Source: Actinomycetota bacterium
GTDB taxonomy: Bacteria > Actinomycetota > Thermoleophilia > UBA2241
Direction: 5' to 3'
DNA: 64,000 nt
Assembly (NCBI GenBank): GCA_003132585.1
Contig: PKYG01000097.1
Location: forward strand, 1,790 to 65,789
Made by a program: the position numbers and the translations under genes. Shown here one piece after another: positions 1 to 8,339 of this stretch (position 1 is its first letter; each line of letters starts with the position of its first letter). The notes beneath the pieces are model-generated. The model did no database searches and was not told the DNA's origin. It saw only the letters and a list, made by a program, of their open reading frames with translations.

Positions 1-1
1 G

Positions 2-1165
2 GTGTTTACGGGTACGTTCGCGTCTGTCGTCTGGCACTACGTCAACGCCCAGTATTGGTTGAAGAGCTACCCGTCGAGCACGTTCCTCTTCAAGCCCCGC
101 TACCGCCTCGGGGACTTCTTCGAGGTCTACCGGAACGCACGGCACTTCGGCGCGGCCGGGCAGGAGAACCTCGTCTACTCGCCCGTATTCCACGTCTTCA
201 CCAAGGTGATGACGGTGTTCCCCGACAAGCTCGCGCTGGGGCTCGTCGTCACTGCCTTTCTGGCGACGCTCGCGGCGATCGCGTGGAACTGGCTGACGCC
301 CGATTTCGGCGGACCGCTGGCGCGTCTGCCGCACACGCTCGTGCTGACGCTCTTCGCCTATCCGGTGCTCGTCGCCGTCGATCGCGGCAACCTCGAGATG
401 GTCGTCTTCGTGCTCCTGGCGGCGTTCTTCTACCTGTACTACGCCGCGCACTCGCGCTGGGCGTGGCTGCCGCTCGCCCTGGCGATCGCCGCCAAGTACT
501 ACTGGGCGACGCTGCTCGTGCTGCCGCTCTGCGACAAGCACTATCGGCAGCTGGTCTACAGCGTCGCGGGGGCGATCGCGAGCACGCTCCTGAGCGTGCT
601 CGCGATCGCCTGGTCCTCCGGTGTGGGCATCGGCAAGGTGCTGTCGATCACGGGCGGCACACTCAGAGGCCACGTGGAGATGGACAACACGCTGTTCACG
701 GTGCAGCACGGGCATAGCCTCTGGGGCGTCGTCTGTGTCATCGATCGCTGGACGGGCGGCGACATCCAACTGTGGCTGCTTGGCCGCAACAATATTCTCC
801 GGCTCTACGTGGTCGCGTGCCTGCTCGCGTTTCTGTGGATCTGCGGGCGGCTGCTCACCCACGAGCTCGCCGACTGGCAGCGCGCCACGGTGCTCGTCGT
901 CTGCGCGCTGCTGCTGCCGATGGAGAACCACGACTACACGCTGATCCACCTCTTCCTGCCCCTGGCGCTCTTCGTGCTCGCCGCCGGCCGGGTGCGCCGC
1001 TGGTGGCTGGTGGCGCTGCTGTTTGTGCTGCTGCTCGTGCCCATGGACTACGTATACTTCTCGTTCCAGAACTACGCGAACAGCGACGTGAGCACGTCGG
1101 TGCTGGTCTACCCGGCGGCGCTGGTGGGGTTGCTGGTCGTGGCGCTGAGAGGAGAACGCTCGTGA
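2..1165 (+). CDS. GT87/DUF2029-like polytopic membrane glycosyltransferase (GT-C fold), probably 5'-partial
   Basis: Many TM segments; motifs YSPVF, DRGNLEMVVF, ALAIAAKYY and HDYTL resemble GT87 proteins; stop overlaps the next GTG. Confidence 0.7.
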   Translation: MFTGTFASVVWHYVNAQYWLKSYPSSTFLFKPRYRLGDFFEVYRNARHFGAAGQENLVYSPVFHVFTKVMTVFPDKLALGLVVTAFLATLAAIAWNWLTPDFGGPLARLPHTLVLTLFAYPVLVAVDRGNLEMVVFVLLAAFFYLYYAAHSRWAWLPLALAIAAKYYWATLLVLPLCDKHYRQLVYSVAGAIASTLLSVLAIAWSSGVGIGKVLSITGGTLRGHVEMDNTLFTVQHGHSLWGVVCVIDRWTGGDIQLWLLGRNNILRLYVVACLLAFLWICGRLLTHELADWQRATVLVVCALLLPMENHDYTLIHLFLPLALFVLAAGRVRRWWLVALLFVLLLVPMDYVYFSFQNYANSDVSTSVLVYPAALVGLLVVALRGERS

Positions 1166-2049
1166 AGATCATCGTGACGGGCGGCAGCGGGTTCGTCGGC
1201 GCCGGCCTGGTGGCCGGGCTCGGCGCCGACGGCTCCGGCCACGAGCTGCTGGCGCCGACCCACGCCGAGCTCGAGCTGCTCGACGCGGCGGCGGTGCGCG
1301 CCTACCTCGAGGCGCAGCGCCCGGACGCCGTCGTGCACTGTGCCGTGCGCCCCGGTCATCGCAACGCCGCCGACCCGAGCGGGCAGCTCGAGCACAACAC
1401 GCGGATGTTCTTCAACCTCGCGCGCTGCGCCGGTCTCTACAGCCGGATGGTGTTCATGAGCTCCGGCGCCGTGTATGCGGCCGGGCACTACGCGCCGCAG
1501 ATGGACGAGTCGTACTTCGACCGCTTCGTGCCCGTCGACGAGCACGGCTTCTCCAAGTACATCTGCGCGAAGTACGCCGAAGGCCGGCCCGACATCGTCG
1601 AGCTGCGGCCCTTCGGCGTCTTCGGCCGCGGCGAGGACTACGCCGTCCGCTTCATCAGCAACGCGATCTGCAAGACGCTCTTCGACCTGCCGATCACGAT
1701 CAAGCAGAACCGGCGACTCGACTACGTGTACGTGGACGACCTGGCGGCGGTCGTCGACTACTTCTTGCGCGAAGGGCCGCGCCACGGCGCCTACAACGTG
1801 TGCAGCGGCCGCGCCCCTGAGTTGCTCGAGCTCGCCGAGCTCGTGCTCAGTGTGGCCGGCAAGCAGCTGCCGATCGCCGTCGCGCAACCGGGCATGGGCG
1901 AGGAGTACAGCGGCAGCAACGCGCGGCTGCGCGCCGAGTACCGCGACCTGCGCCTGACCCCGCTGGAGGCGGCGGTGGGCGCGCTCTACGCCTGGTACGC
2001 GAAGCGCAAGAAGAGCCTCAACCGCGAGCTGCTGTTGACCGACAAGTAA
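1162..2049 (+). CDS. NAD-dependent nucleotide-sugar epimerase/reductase (extended SDR)
   Basis: IIVTGGSGFVG Rossmann motif, SSGAVY, HGFSK in place of YxxxK; GTG at 1162 overlaps the upstream TGA, RBS GAGGAG. Confidence 0.85.
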   Translation: MKIIVTGGSGFVGAGLVAGLGADGSGHELLAPTHAELELLDAAAVRAYLEAQRPDAVVHCAVRPGHRNAADPSGQLEHNTRMFFNLARCAGLYSRMVFMSSGAVYAAGHYAPQMDESYFDRFVPVDEHGFSKYICAKYAEGRPDIVELRPFGVFGRGEDYAVRFISNAICKTLFDLPITIKQNRRLDYVYVDDLAAVVDYFLREGPRHGAYNVCSGRAPELLELAELVLSVAGKQLPIAVAQPGMGEEYSGSNARLRAEYRDLRLTPLEAAVGALYAWYAKRKKSLNRELLLTDK

Positions 2050-2082
2050 ACGGAGCGGCAGGATGCTCCGAAAGAGGTTGAC

Positions 2083-3963
2083 GTGATCAAGGTCTCCGAT
2101 TACATAGCGCGGCGGATCGCCGAACTCGGTGTGAAGCACGTGTTCCTGGTCACTGGGGGCGGCGCCATGCATCTCGACGACTCGCTCAGCCGCCGCCCTG
2201 AGCTGACCCTGGTCTGCAACCATCACGAGCAGGCGTGCGCGATCGCCGCCGAGGGCTACGCGCGCATCGGCGAGACGATCGGCGTGACCGTCGTCACGAC
2301 GGGGCCGGGCGGCACGAACACGATCACCGGCGTGCTCGGCCAGTGGCACGACTCGGTGCCGGCGCTCTACGTGTCGGGCCAGGTGCGCTTCGACACGACG
2401 GTCGCCAGCACCAAAGTGCCGCTGCGCCAGCTCGGCGACCAGGAGGCGAGCATCGTCGAGCTGGTACGGCCGATCACCAAGTACGCCCAGATGGTCGTCG
2501 ACCCGCGCACCGTGTGCTACCACTTCGACAAGGCGGTGTACCTGGCGCGCAGCGGGCGCCCCGGCCCGGTGTGGCTCGACCTGCCGTTCGACGTGCAGGC
2601 GGCGCAGGTGGACGAGGCGTCGCTGCCGGGCTTCAACCCCGCGGTGGAGCCGATGGCGCGCGGGGTGGACGACGTCGACCTCGCGCGCGTGCGCCGGCAG
2701 GCGGCCGATCTGGTGGAGCGTCTGCGCACCGCCGAACGGCCGGTGCTGCTCGGCGGCGGCGGCGTGCGCGTCGCCGGGGCTGCCGCCGACTTCCGCACCC
2801 TGGCTGAGCGTCTCGGCATACCGGTGGTGACCGCCTGGAACGCGCACGACCTGATGTATGAGGACCATCCGCTGTACGTCGGCAGGCCGGGCACCGTCGG
2901 CGACCGCGCCGGCAACTTCGCCGTGCAGAACGCCGACCTGCTGATCTCGGTCGGCTGCCGGCTAAACGTGCGCCAGATCGGTTACGAGTTCAAGGCCTTC
3001 GCGCGCCATGCGTACAAGGCGATCGTCGACATCGACGCAGCGGAGCTGCGCAAGCCGACGATCGCCCCCGACATGCCGATCCGCAGCGACGCGCGCGTCT
3101 TCGTGCGGGAGCTGCGAGCCGCCCTGGATGCGGCCGGGTGGCAGGCGGCTGGGGGGCGCGCCGCCGGCGATGCTGCGGCAGACCGCTCCGCGAGCGGCGC
3201 GACGCCGGCCGACTGGCTCGCCTGGTGCCTGGAGCGCAAGCGCCGCTACCCCGTGGTGCTGCCCGAGTACCGGGCCGAGCGCGGCGCCGTGAATCCCTAC
3301 GTGTTCGTCGACGTGCTGGCGGAGCACCTCGAGCACAGCGATGTGGTCGTCTGCGCCAACGGCGCCGCCTGCGTCGTCGCCTTTCAGGCGCTGCGCCTCA
3401 AGGACGGCCAGCGCCTGCTCGGCAACTCCGGCACCGCCGGCATGGGCTACGACCTGCCGGCGGCGATCGGCGCGGCGTTCGTCTGCGGCCACCGCGTCAT
3501 CTGCCTCGCCGGCGACGGCAGCATCCAGATGAACCTGCAGGAGCTGCAGACGATCGTGCACCACCACCTGCCGATCAAGATCTTCGTCTTCAACAACGGC
3601 GGCTACCTCTCGATCCGCCAGACCCAGGACAACCTGTTCGCCGGCCACCGGGTGGGCGAGGGGCCGGCAACCGGCGTCAGCTTCCCCGACATGGTGGCGA
3701 TCGCCGAGGCTTACGGCATCGAAGCGACACGGGTAGAGTCGCACGAGACGCTCGACGAGGCGATCGGCGCGACGCTCGAGAGCCGCGGACCGGCACTGTG
3801 CGACGTGGTCATGCCGGCCGAAGCGGTCTTCGCGCCCAAGGTCGCCGCCGCGCGCCGGCCCGACGGGCGCATCGTCAGCAAGCCGCTCGAGGACATGTCG
3901 CCCCTGTTGCAGAGAGACGAGTTTGCCGACAACATGCTGGTACCGGAGTGGGAGGCGGAATGA
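2083..3963 (+). CDS. ThDP-dependent enzyme, acetolactate-synthase-like (YerE-type sugar C-branching candidate)
   Basis: NHHEQA, TTGPGGTN and ThDP motif GDGSIQMNLQEL...NNGGY; no ilvH nearby; sugar-locus context. Confidence 0.85.
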   Translation: MIKVSDYIARRIAELGVKHVFLVTGGGAMHLDDSLSRRPELTLVCNHHEQACAIAAEGYARIGETIGVTVVTTGPGGTNTITGVLGQWHDSVPALYVSGQVRFDTTVASTKVPLRQLGDQEASIVELVRPITKYAQMVVDPRTVCYHFDKAVYLARSGRPGPVWLDLPFDVQAAQVDEASLPGFNPAVEPMARGVDDVDLARVRRQAADLVERLRTAERPVLLGGGGVRVAGAAADFRTLAERLGIPVVTAWNAHDLMYEDHPLYVGRPGTVGDRAGNFAVQNADLLISVGCRLNVRQIGYEFKAFARHAYKAIVDIDAAELRKPTIAPDMPIRSDARVFVRELRAALDAAGWQAAGGRAAGDAAADRSASGATPADWLAWCLERKRRYPVVLPEYRAERGAVNPYVFVDVLAEHLEHSDVVVCANGAACVVAFQALRLKDGQRLLGNSGTAGMGYDLPAAIGAAFVCGHRVICLAGDGSIQMNLQELQTIVHHHLPIKIFVFNNGGYLSIRQTQDNLFAGHRVGEGPATGVSFPDMVAIAEAYGIEATRVESHETLDEAIGATLESRGPALCDVVMPAEAVFAPKVAAARRPDGRIVSKPLEDMSPLLQRDEFADNMLVPEWEAE

Positions 3964-4775
3964 ACGAACTCGAACGGCGAATGGTCGAAGTGCTCGGCGA
4001 CCTGCGCGAGAACCATCACGTGAACGGAGTCAAGGCGGAGTTCGAGGCCGAAGGCACACGACTCGAAGAGGCGCTGCGGCTGAAGGAGGTCGTGTCGGCC
4101 GCCGGCCTCGGCCTGACGCTCAAGATCGGCGGCTGCGAGGCCGTGCGCGACATGTACGAGGCGCGCGTGATCGGTGTCGAGCGCATCGTCGGGCCGATGG
4201 TGGAATCGCCCTATGCGCTCACCAAGTACCTGCGCGCCGTCGCCCTGGCGTTCCCGCCGGACGAGCGCGAGCAGGTCGATTTCGCGATCAACGTGGAGAC
4301 GCTGACCGGATTCGCGAACTTCGACACGATGCTGGCGCTGCCGGAGATCGCGCAGCTCGACGGCATCGTGCTCGGCCGCGTCGACATGACCGGCTCGATG
4401 GGGCTGACGCGTGAAGACATCAACGACCCGCGCGTGTTCGCGATCGCCGAGGAGCTCTTCGTCAAGGCGAAGACGAAGAACCTGGAGACGGCGCTTGGCG
4501 GCGGCGTCGGCGCCGAGTCACTGCCGTTCATGCGCGAGCTGCCGGCGGGCACGATCGACCGCTACGAGACGCGCAAGGTGATCTTCAAGTGCCCCGAGGC
4601 GCTCGCCGACGACGCCGACAAGGGCATCCTCAAGGCGGTCGGCTTCGAGCTGATGTGGCTGAAGAACAAGCGCAGCTTCTACGGCCTGATCGCCGACGAA
4701 GACGCCAACCGCCTGCAGATGCTGCAGTCGCGCTACGATCACCTGATCGAGGCCGCCGGCGGCCGCTACAACTGA
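3960..4775 (+). CDS. HpcH/HpaI aldolase / citrate lyase family protein
   Basis: ATG overlaps the upstream TGA; KAEFEAEG, KIGGCEA, PMVES, INVET and GRVDM fit the TIM-barrel aldolase family. Confidence 0.75.
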   Translation: MNELERRMVEVLGDLRENHHVNGVKAEFEAEGTRLEEALRLKEVVSAAGLGLTLKIGGCEAVRDMYEARVIGVERIVGPMVESPYALTKYLRAVALAFPPDEREQVDFAINVETLTGFANFDTMLALPEIAQLDGIVLGRVDMTGSMGLTREDINDPRVFAIAEELFVKAKTKNLETALGGGVGAESLPFMRELPAGTIDRYETRKVIFKCPEALADDADKGILKAVGFELMWLKNKRSFYGLIADEDANRLQMLQSRYDHLIEAAGGRYN

Positions 4776-4804
4776 CGGCCGCCGGCGCGCAAGGAGAGTG
4801 AACC

Positions 4805-5473
4805 GTGAACGGACGCACGGCGCTGGTCACAGGCGCATCCCGGGGTATCGGGTCGGCGATCGCGCAACGCTTCGCGGAGCTCGGCGCGCGTGTGCTGGCG
4901 CCGTCGCGCGCCGAGCTCGATCTCGCTGACGACGACTCGGTTGATGGGTACCTGGCCGACCTGCAGGGACCGGTCGACATCCTCGTCAACAACGCCGGTG
5001 TCAACTCCCTGGGCGCGGCCGCCGAGGCGAGCGACGAGGAGATCGCGGAGACGCTGCACGTGAATCTCGTGTCGCCGATGCGGCTGGCGCGCGCCGTCGC
5101 TCCGGTGATGGCGGCGCGCGGCTACGGCCGCATCCTCAACGTGAGCTCGATCTGGGCCGTGGTCGCCAAGCCGCGCCGCTTCGCCTATGCCGCCAGCAAA
5201 GCCGGTCTCAACGGCATGACACGCACACTGGCGGTGGAGGTGGCGTCTGCCGGCGTGCTGGTCAACGCCATCGCTCCCGGCTTCGTCGACACCGAGCTCA
5301 CGCGGGCCAACAACACGCGCGCCGAGCTCGCCGCCATCGTATCGGGCATCCCGCTGGGGCGGCTCGCGCAGCCGGCGGAGATCGCGGAGCTCGCCGCCTT
5401 TCTCTGCTCGTCGCGCAACTCGTTCGTCACCGGCCAAGTGATCGTCGCCGACGGGGGCTACACGTGCCTGTAG
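4805..5473 (+). CDS. Classical SDR oxidoreductase (FabG-like)
   Basis: TGASRGIG, NNAG, YAASK, PGFVDT, DGG. Confidence 0.9.
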   Translation: MNGRTALVTGASRGIGSAIAQRFAELGARVLAPSRAELDLADDDSVDGYLADLQGPVDILVNNAGVNSLGAAAEASDEEIAETLHVNLVSPMRLARAVAPVMAARGYGRILNVSSIWAVVAKPRRFAYAASKAGLNGMTRTLAVEVASAGVLVNAIAPGFVDTELTRANNTRAELAAIVSGIPLGRLAQPAEIAELAAFLCSSRNSFVTGQVIVADGGYTCL

Positions 5474-6537
5474 CCGGGTTGGCCGTACGGTCGCTGTTCG
5501 GCGACTACCGTGTGGAGCTCGCCGAATCGCCGGGTTTCGTCGGCGAGCTCGCCGCTCTGCCGCAGTCGTTCGTCATCGTCGACGAGAACGTATGGCGGTG
5601 TCACCGCGACGGCGTGCTCCGCCCGCTCGCCGATGCCGATGTGCACGTGCTGCCGATCGCCGAACAGCGCAAGGTGTTGGCGAGCGTCGAGGAGCTCTAC
5701 GCGGCGATGACGGCGCGCGCGGCCAAGCGCAACACCACGGTGATCTCGATCGGCGGCGGCATCACGCAGGACCTGACCGGCTTCCTCGCGTCGACCATCT
5801 ACCGCGGTGTCCCCTGGATCTTCGTGCCGACCACGCTGCTCGCGCAGGCGGACAGCTGCATCGGCAGCAAGACGTCGCTCAACTTCCGCCAGTTCAAGAA
5901 CCTCATCGGCACGCTTTACCCGCCCGAGCGCGTGCTTGTCTACCCGGGGTTCGTCGCCACGCAGGAGGAAGAGGATTACTTCAGCGGGCTCGGTGAAGTG
6001 CTGAAGCTCCACTTGATCGGCGGCGAGGAGGCGGCCGCGGTGTATGCGCGCGAAGCGCCCGCCCTGACCGGCCGCCGACCCGCCGCCGTCGGCGACGCGG
6101 TCTGGCGCTCGCTCGAGATCAAGCGCGCCTTCATCGAGGAGGACGAGCGCGACACGGGCCGCCGCCGGTGGCTCAACTTCGGCCACTGTTTCGGCCACGC
6201 GCTCGAGTCCGCTTCGGACTTCGCGCTGCCGCACGGTCAGGCGGTCGTCGCAGGGATGATCCTCGCCGGGCTGGTGGCGCGCGCCCGCGGGCGGCTCTCG
6301 GCGGCGACGGAAGAGCGCCTGCGGCGCGCGCTTCTGCGGCCGGCCCTGGTCGTGCCGCCCGACCGTCTCGCGCTCGACGCCGACACCGTGATCGGGGCGA
6401 TGGGGCAGGACAAGAAGCGTACGGGGCCGAAGCTGGCACTGGTGATGCTCTACGACGGCTTCGCGATGGAGGTCGTCGACGATCTCGGTGAGGATGAGGC
6501 CAGAGAAGCCTTGCGCGAGCTCCAGGGGGTGCTGTAA
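5464..6537 (+). CDS. 3-dehydroquinate synthase-like sugar-phosphate cyclase
   Basis: GGGITQD, PTTLLAQADSCIGSKT, KNLIG, LNFGHCFGHALE, HGQAV, DKK. Confidence 0.85.
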   Translation: MPVAGLAVRSLFGDYRVELAESPGFVGELAALPQSFVIVDENVWRCHRDGVLRPLADADVHVLPIAEQRKVLASVEELYAAMTARAAKRNTTVISIGGGITQDLTGFLASTIYRGVPWIFVPTTLLAQADSCIGSKTSLNFRQFKNLIGTLYPPERVLVYPGFVATQEEEDYFSGLGEVLKLHLIGGEEAAAVYAREAPALTGRRPAAVGDAVWRSLEIKRAFIEEDERDTGRRRWLNFGHCFGHALESASDFALPHGQAVVAGMILAGLVARARGRLSAATEERLRRALLRPALVVPPDRLALDADTVIGAMGQDKKRTGPKLALVMLYDGFAMEVVDDLGEDEAREALRELQGVL

Positions 6538-7284
6538 GTGGTCAGCGCCGTGGCCTTCGACCTCGACGGCATGCTCTACGTCGGCGAGCAGGCGCTGCCC
6601 GGCGCGGTCGAGGTCGTGGGCTGGTGCCGGCGACGCGGGTTGCGCGTGCTCTACCTGACCAATTCGACCGTGCGCACGCGCCAGCAGATCGCCGACAAGC
6701 TGGCGGCGATGGGCTTTGCGGCCGCGATAGAGGACGTGTACTGCTGCAGCAACGCGGCGGCGCGTTTCGCGCGGGAGAGCGGGTACTGGCAGGTGTACGT
6801 GATCGGTGCGCGCGCCCTGCGCGCCGAGATGACGGCGCAGGGCGTGCCGCTCACCGAGCAGATCGCGGCCGCCGACGCGCTCGTCGTCGGTCACGACCCC
6901 GAGTGGCACCTCGAGCTGTTCGGCGGATACACGCTGGCGCACGACGCCGCGTTCGTCGCCTGCAACCGCGACATGACCTATCCGGCGGCCGACGGTCGCC
7001 GGCTGCCGGGCTGTGGCGTCGTCGTCGAGCGCGTCGAGCGCGCCGTCGGCCGGCGCGCCAACGTCGTCGTCGGCAAGCCGGCGACGTACATGCTCGAGCT
7101 GATCGAGCGCGATCTCGGCTTCGCCGCGGCCGATGTGCTCGTCGTCGGCGATATGGAGGAGTCCGACATCGCGATGGCGCGCCGCGCCGGGGCGCCGGCG
7201 GCGCTCGTGGCAGGGGAGAGCGCGGTCGAAGTCGAAGGTGCAATGGTGATCGAATCGTTGGCGAAGCTCGAGGAGCTGTTGTGA
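6538..7284 (+). CDS. HAD-IIA family phosphatase (NagD-like)
   Basis: FDLDGMLY, LTN, VGKP, VVGDMEESDI. Confidence 0.85.
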   Translation: MVSAVAFDLDGMLYVGEQALPGAVEVVGWCRRRGLRVLYLTNSTVRTRQQIADKLAAMGFAAAIEDVYCCSNAAARFARESGYWQVYVIGARALRAEMTAQGVPLTEQIAAADALVVGHDPEWHLELFGGYTLAHDAAFVACNRDMTYPAADGRRLPGCGVVVERVERAVGRRANVVVGKPATYMLELIERDLGFAAADVLVVGDMEESDIAMARRAGAPAALVAGESAVEVEGAMVIESLAKLEELL

Positions 7285-8330
7285 TCGACACGCCCGCCAA
7301 CCCGCTGGAGCCGCTCGGCCACGCCGAGCGCCGGGTCACCGACATGGGCGAGCGCGAGACGGCGCGGCGGGCGACGCGCGAAGCCGCGCACGGCGGCGGC
7401 CGCAAGCTCGTCAGCATCGTCACGCCGGCCTATAACGAAGAGGAGTGCATCGACGAGCTCTGCCGGCGGCTGCAACAGGTCTTCGCCGACAATCCCGACT
7501 ACGACTTCGAGGCGGTGGTTGTCGAGAACGGCTCGACCGACGGCACGCTGGCCAGGCTCACGGCGATCCGCGCGGCGGACGCGCGCTTCAAGATCCTCCG
7601 GCTGGCGCGCAACTTTCGCATGGACGGCGGCATCACCGCCGGGCTCGACTACGTCTCCGGCGACGCCTGCGTGATCATGACCGCCGACCTGCAGGACCCG
7701 CCGGAGCTGATCGGCGAGTTCATCCGTAAGTGGGAGGAGGGCTTCGACAACGTCTACATGAAGGTCACCCGGCGTGTCGGCACCGGCCCCGTGCGGCGGA
7801 TGAACGCGCAGATCTTCTACTGGCTGCTCGGGCGCATGACCGGCGGCGTGTTCCCGCGCAACGTCAGCGACTACCGCCTGGTCGACCGCAAGGTCTACGA
7901 GACCGTCAAGGGCATGCACGAGCGCAACCGCTTCATGCGCGGCATGTTCTACTGGGCGGGCTTCTCGAGCGTCGGCATCGAGCACGAGCGCCTGCCGCGC
8001 TTCGCCGGCGAGACCAAGGCGTACACGCTGCAGGTGATCGAGCTGGCGATCAAGGGCATCCTCAGCTTCAGCTACGTGCCGCTGCGGTTGATCACCTGGA
8101 TGGGCCTGGCGATGAGCGGCTTCGCCTTCGCCTTTCTCATCTACGTCGTCGTGCGCGCCTTCGTCTGGGGCGTGCCGTTCGCCGGGTTCGGCACGATCAT
8201 GGGCGTGATGCTCCTGCTCTTCGGCTTTCTCTTCACGATGCTCGGCGTGGTCGCCGAGTACGTCGGCCTCATCTACGACGAGGTCAAACAGCGGCCGAAC
8301 TACATCGTCCGCGATACCTTCGGCCTCTAG
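7281..8330 (+). CDS. GT2 polyprenyl-phosphate glycosyltransferase (GtrB/DPM-synthase-like)
   Basis: SIVTPAYNEE, ENGSTDGT, ARNF, ADLQDPPE, two C-terminal TM helices, EVKQRPNYIV; alternative start at 7344. Confidence 0.88.
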   Translation: MIDTPANPLEPLGHAERRVTDMGERETARRATREAAHGGGRKLVSIVTPAYNEEECIDELCRRLQQVFADNPDYDFEAVVVENGSTDGTLARLTAIRAADARFKILRLARNFRMDGGITAGLDYVSGDACVIMTADLQDPPELIGEFIRKWEEGFDNVYMKVTRRVGTGPVRRMNAQIFYWLLGRMTGGVFPRNVSDYRLVDRKVYETVKGMHERNRFMRGMFYWAGFSSVGIEHERLPRFAGETKAYTLQVIELAIKGILSFSYVPLRLITWMGLAMSGFAFAFLIYVVVRAFVWGVPFAGFGTIMGVMLLLFGFLFTMLGVVAEYVGLIYDEVKQRPNYIVRDTFGL

Positions 8331-8339
8331 AGCTCGCGC

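Noticed and set aside
2083-3963. Housekeeping ilvB call
   Set aside because: No ilvH/ilvC nearby and the context is sugar biosynthesis, so no symbol was assigned
772-7280. Long N-terminal extensions in ORF-track entries (772, 3138, 6624)
   Set aside because: They overlap upstream genes; real starts are coupled to upstream stops at 1162, 3960 and 7281
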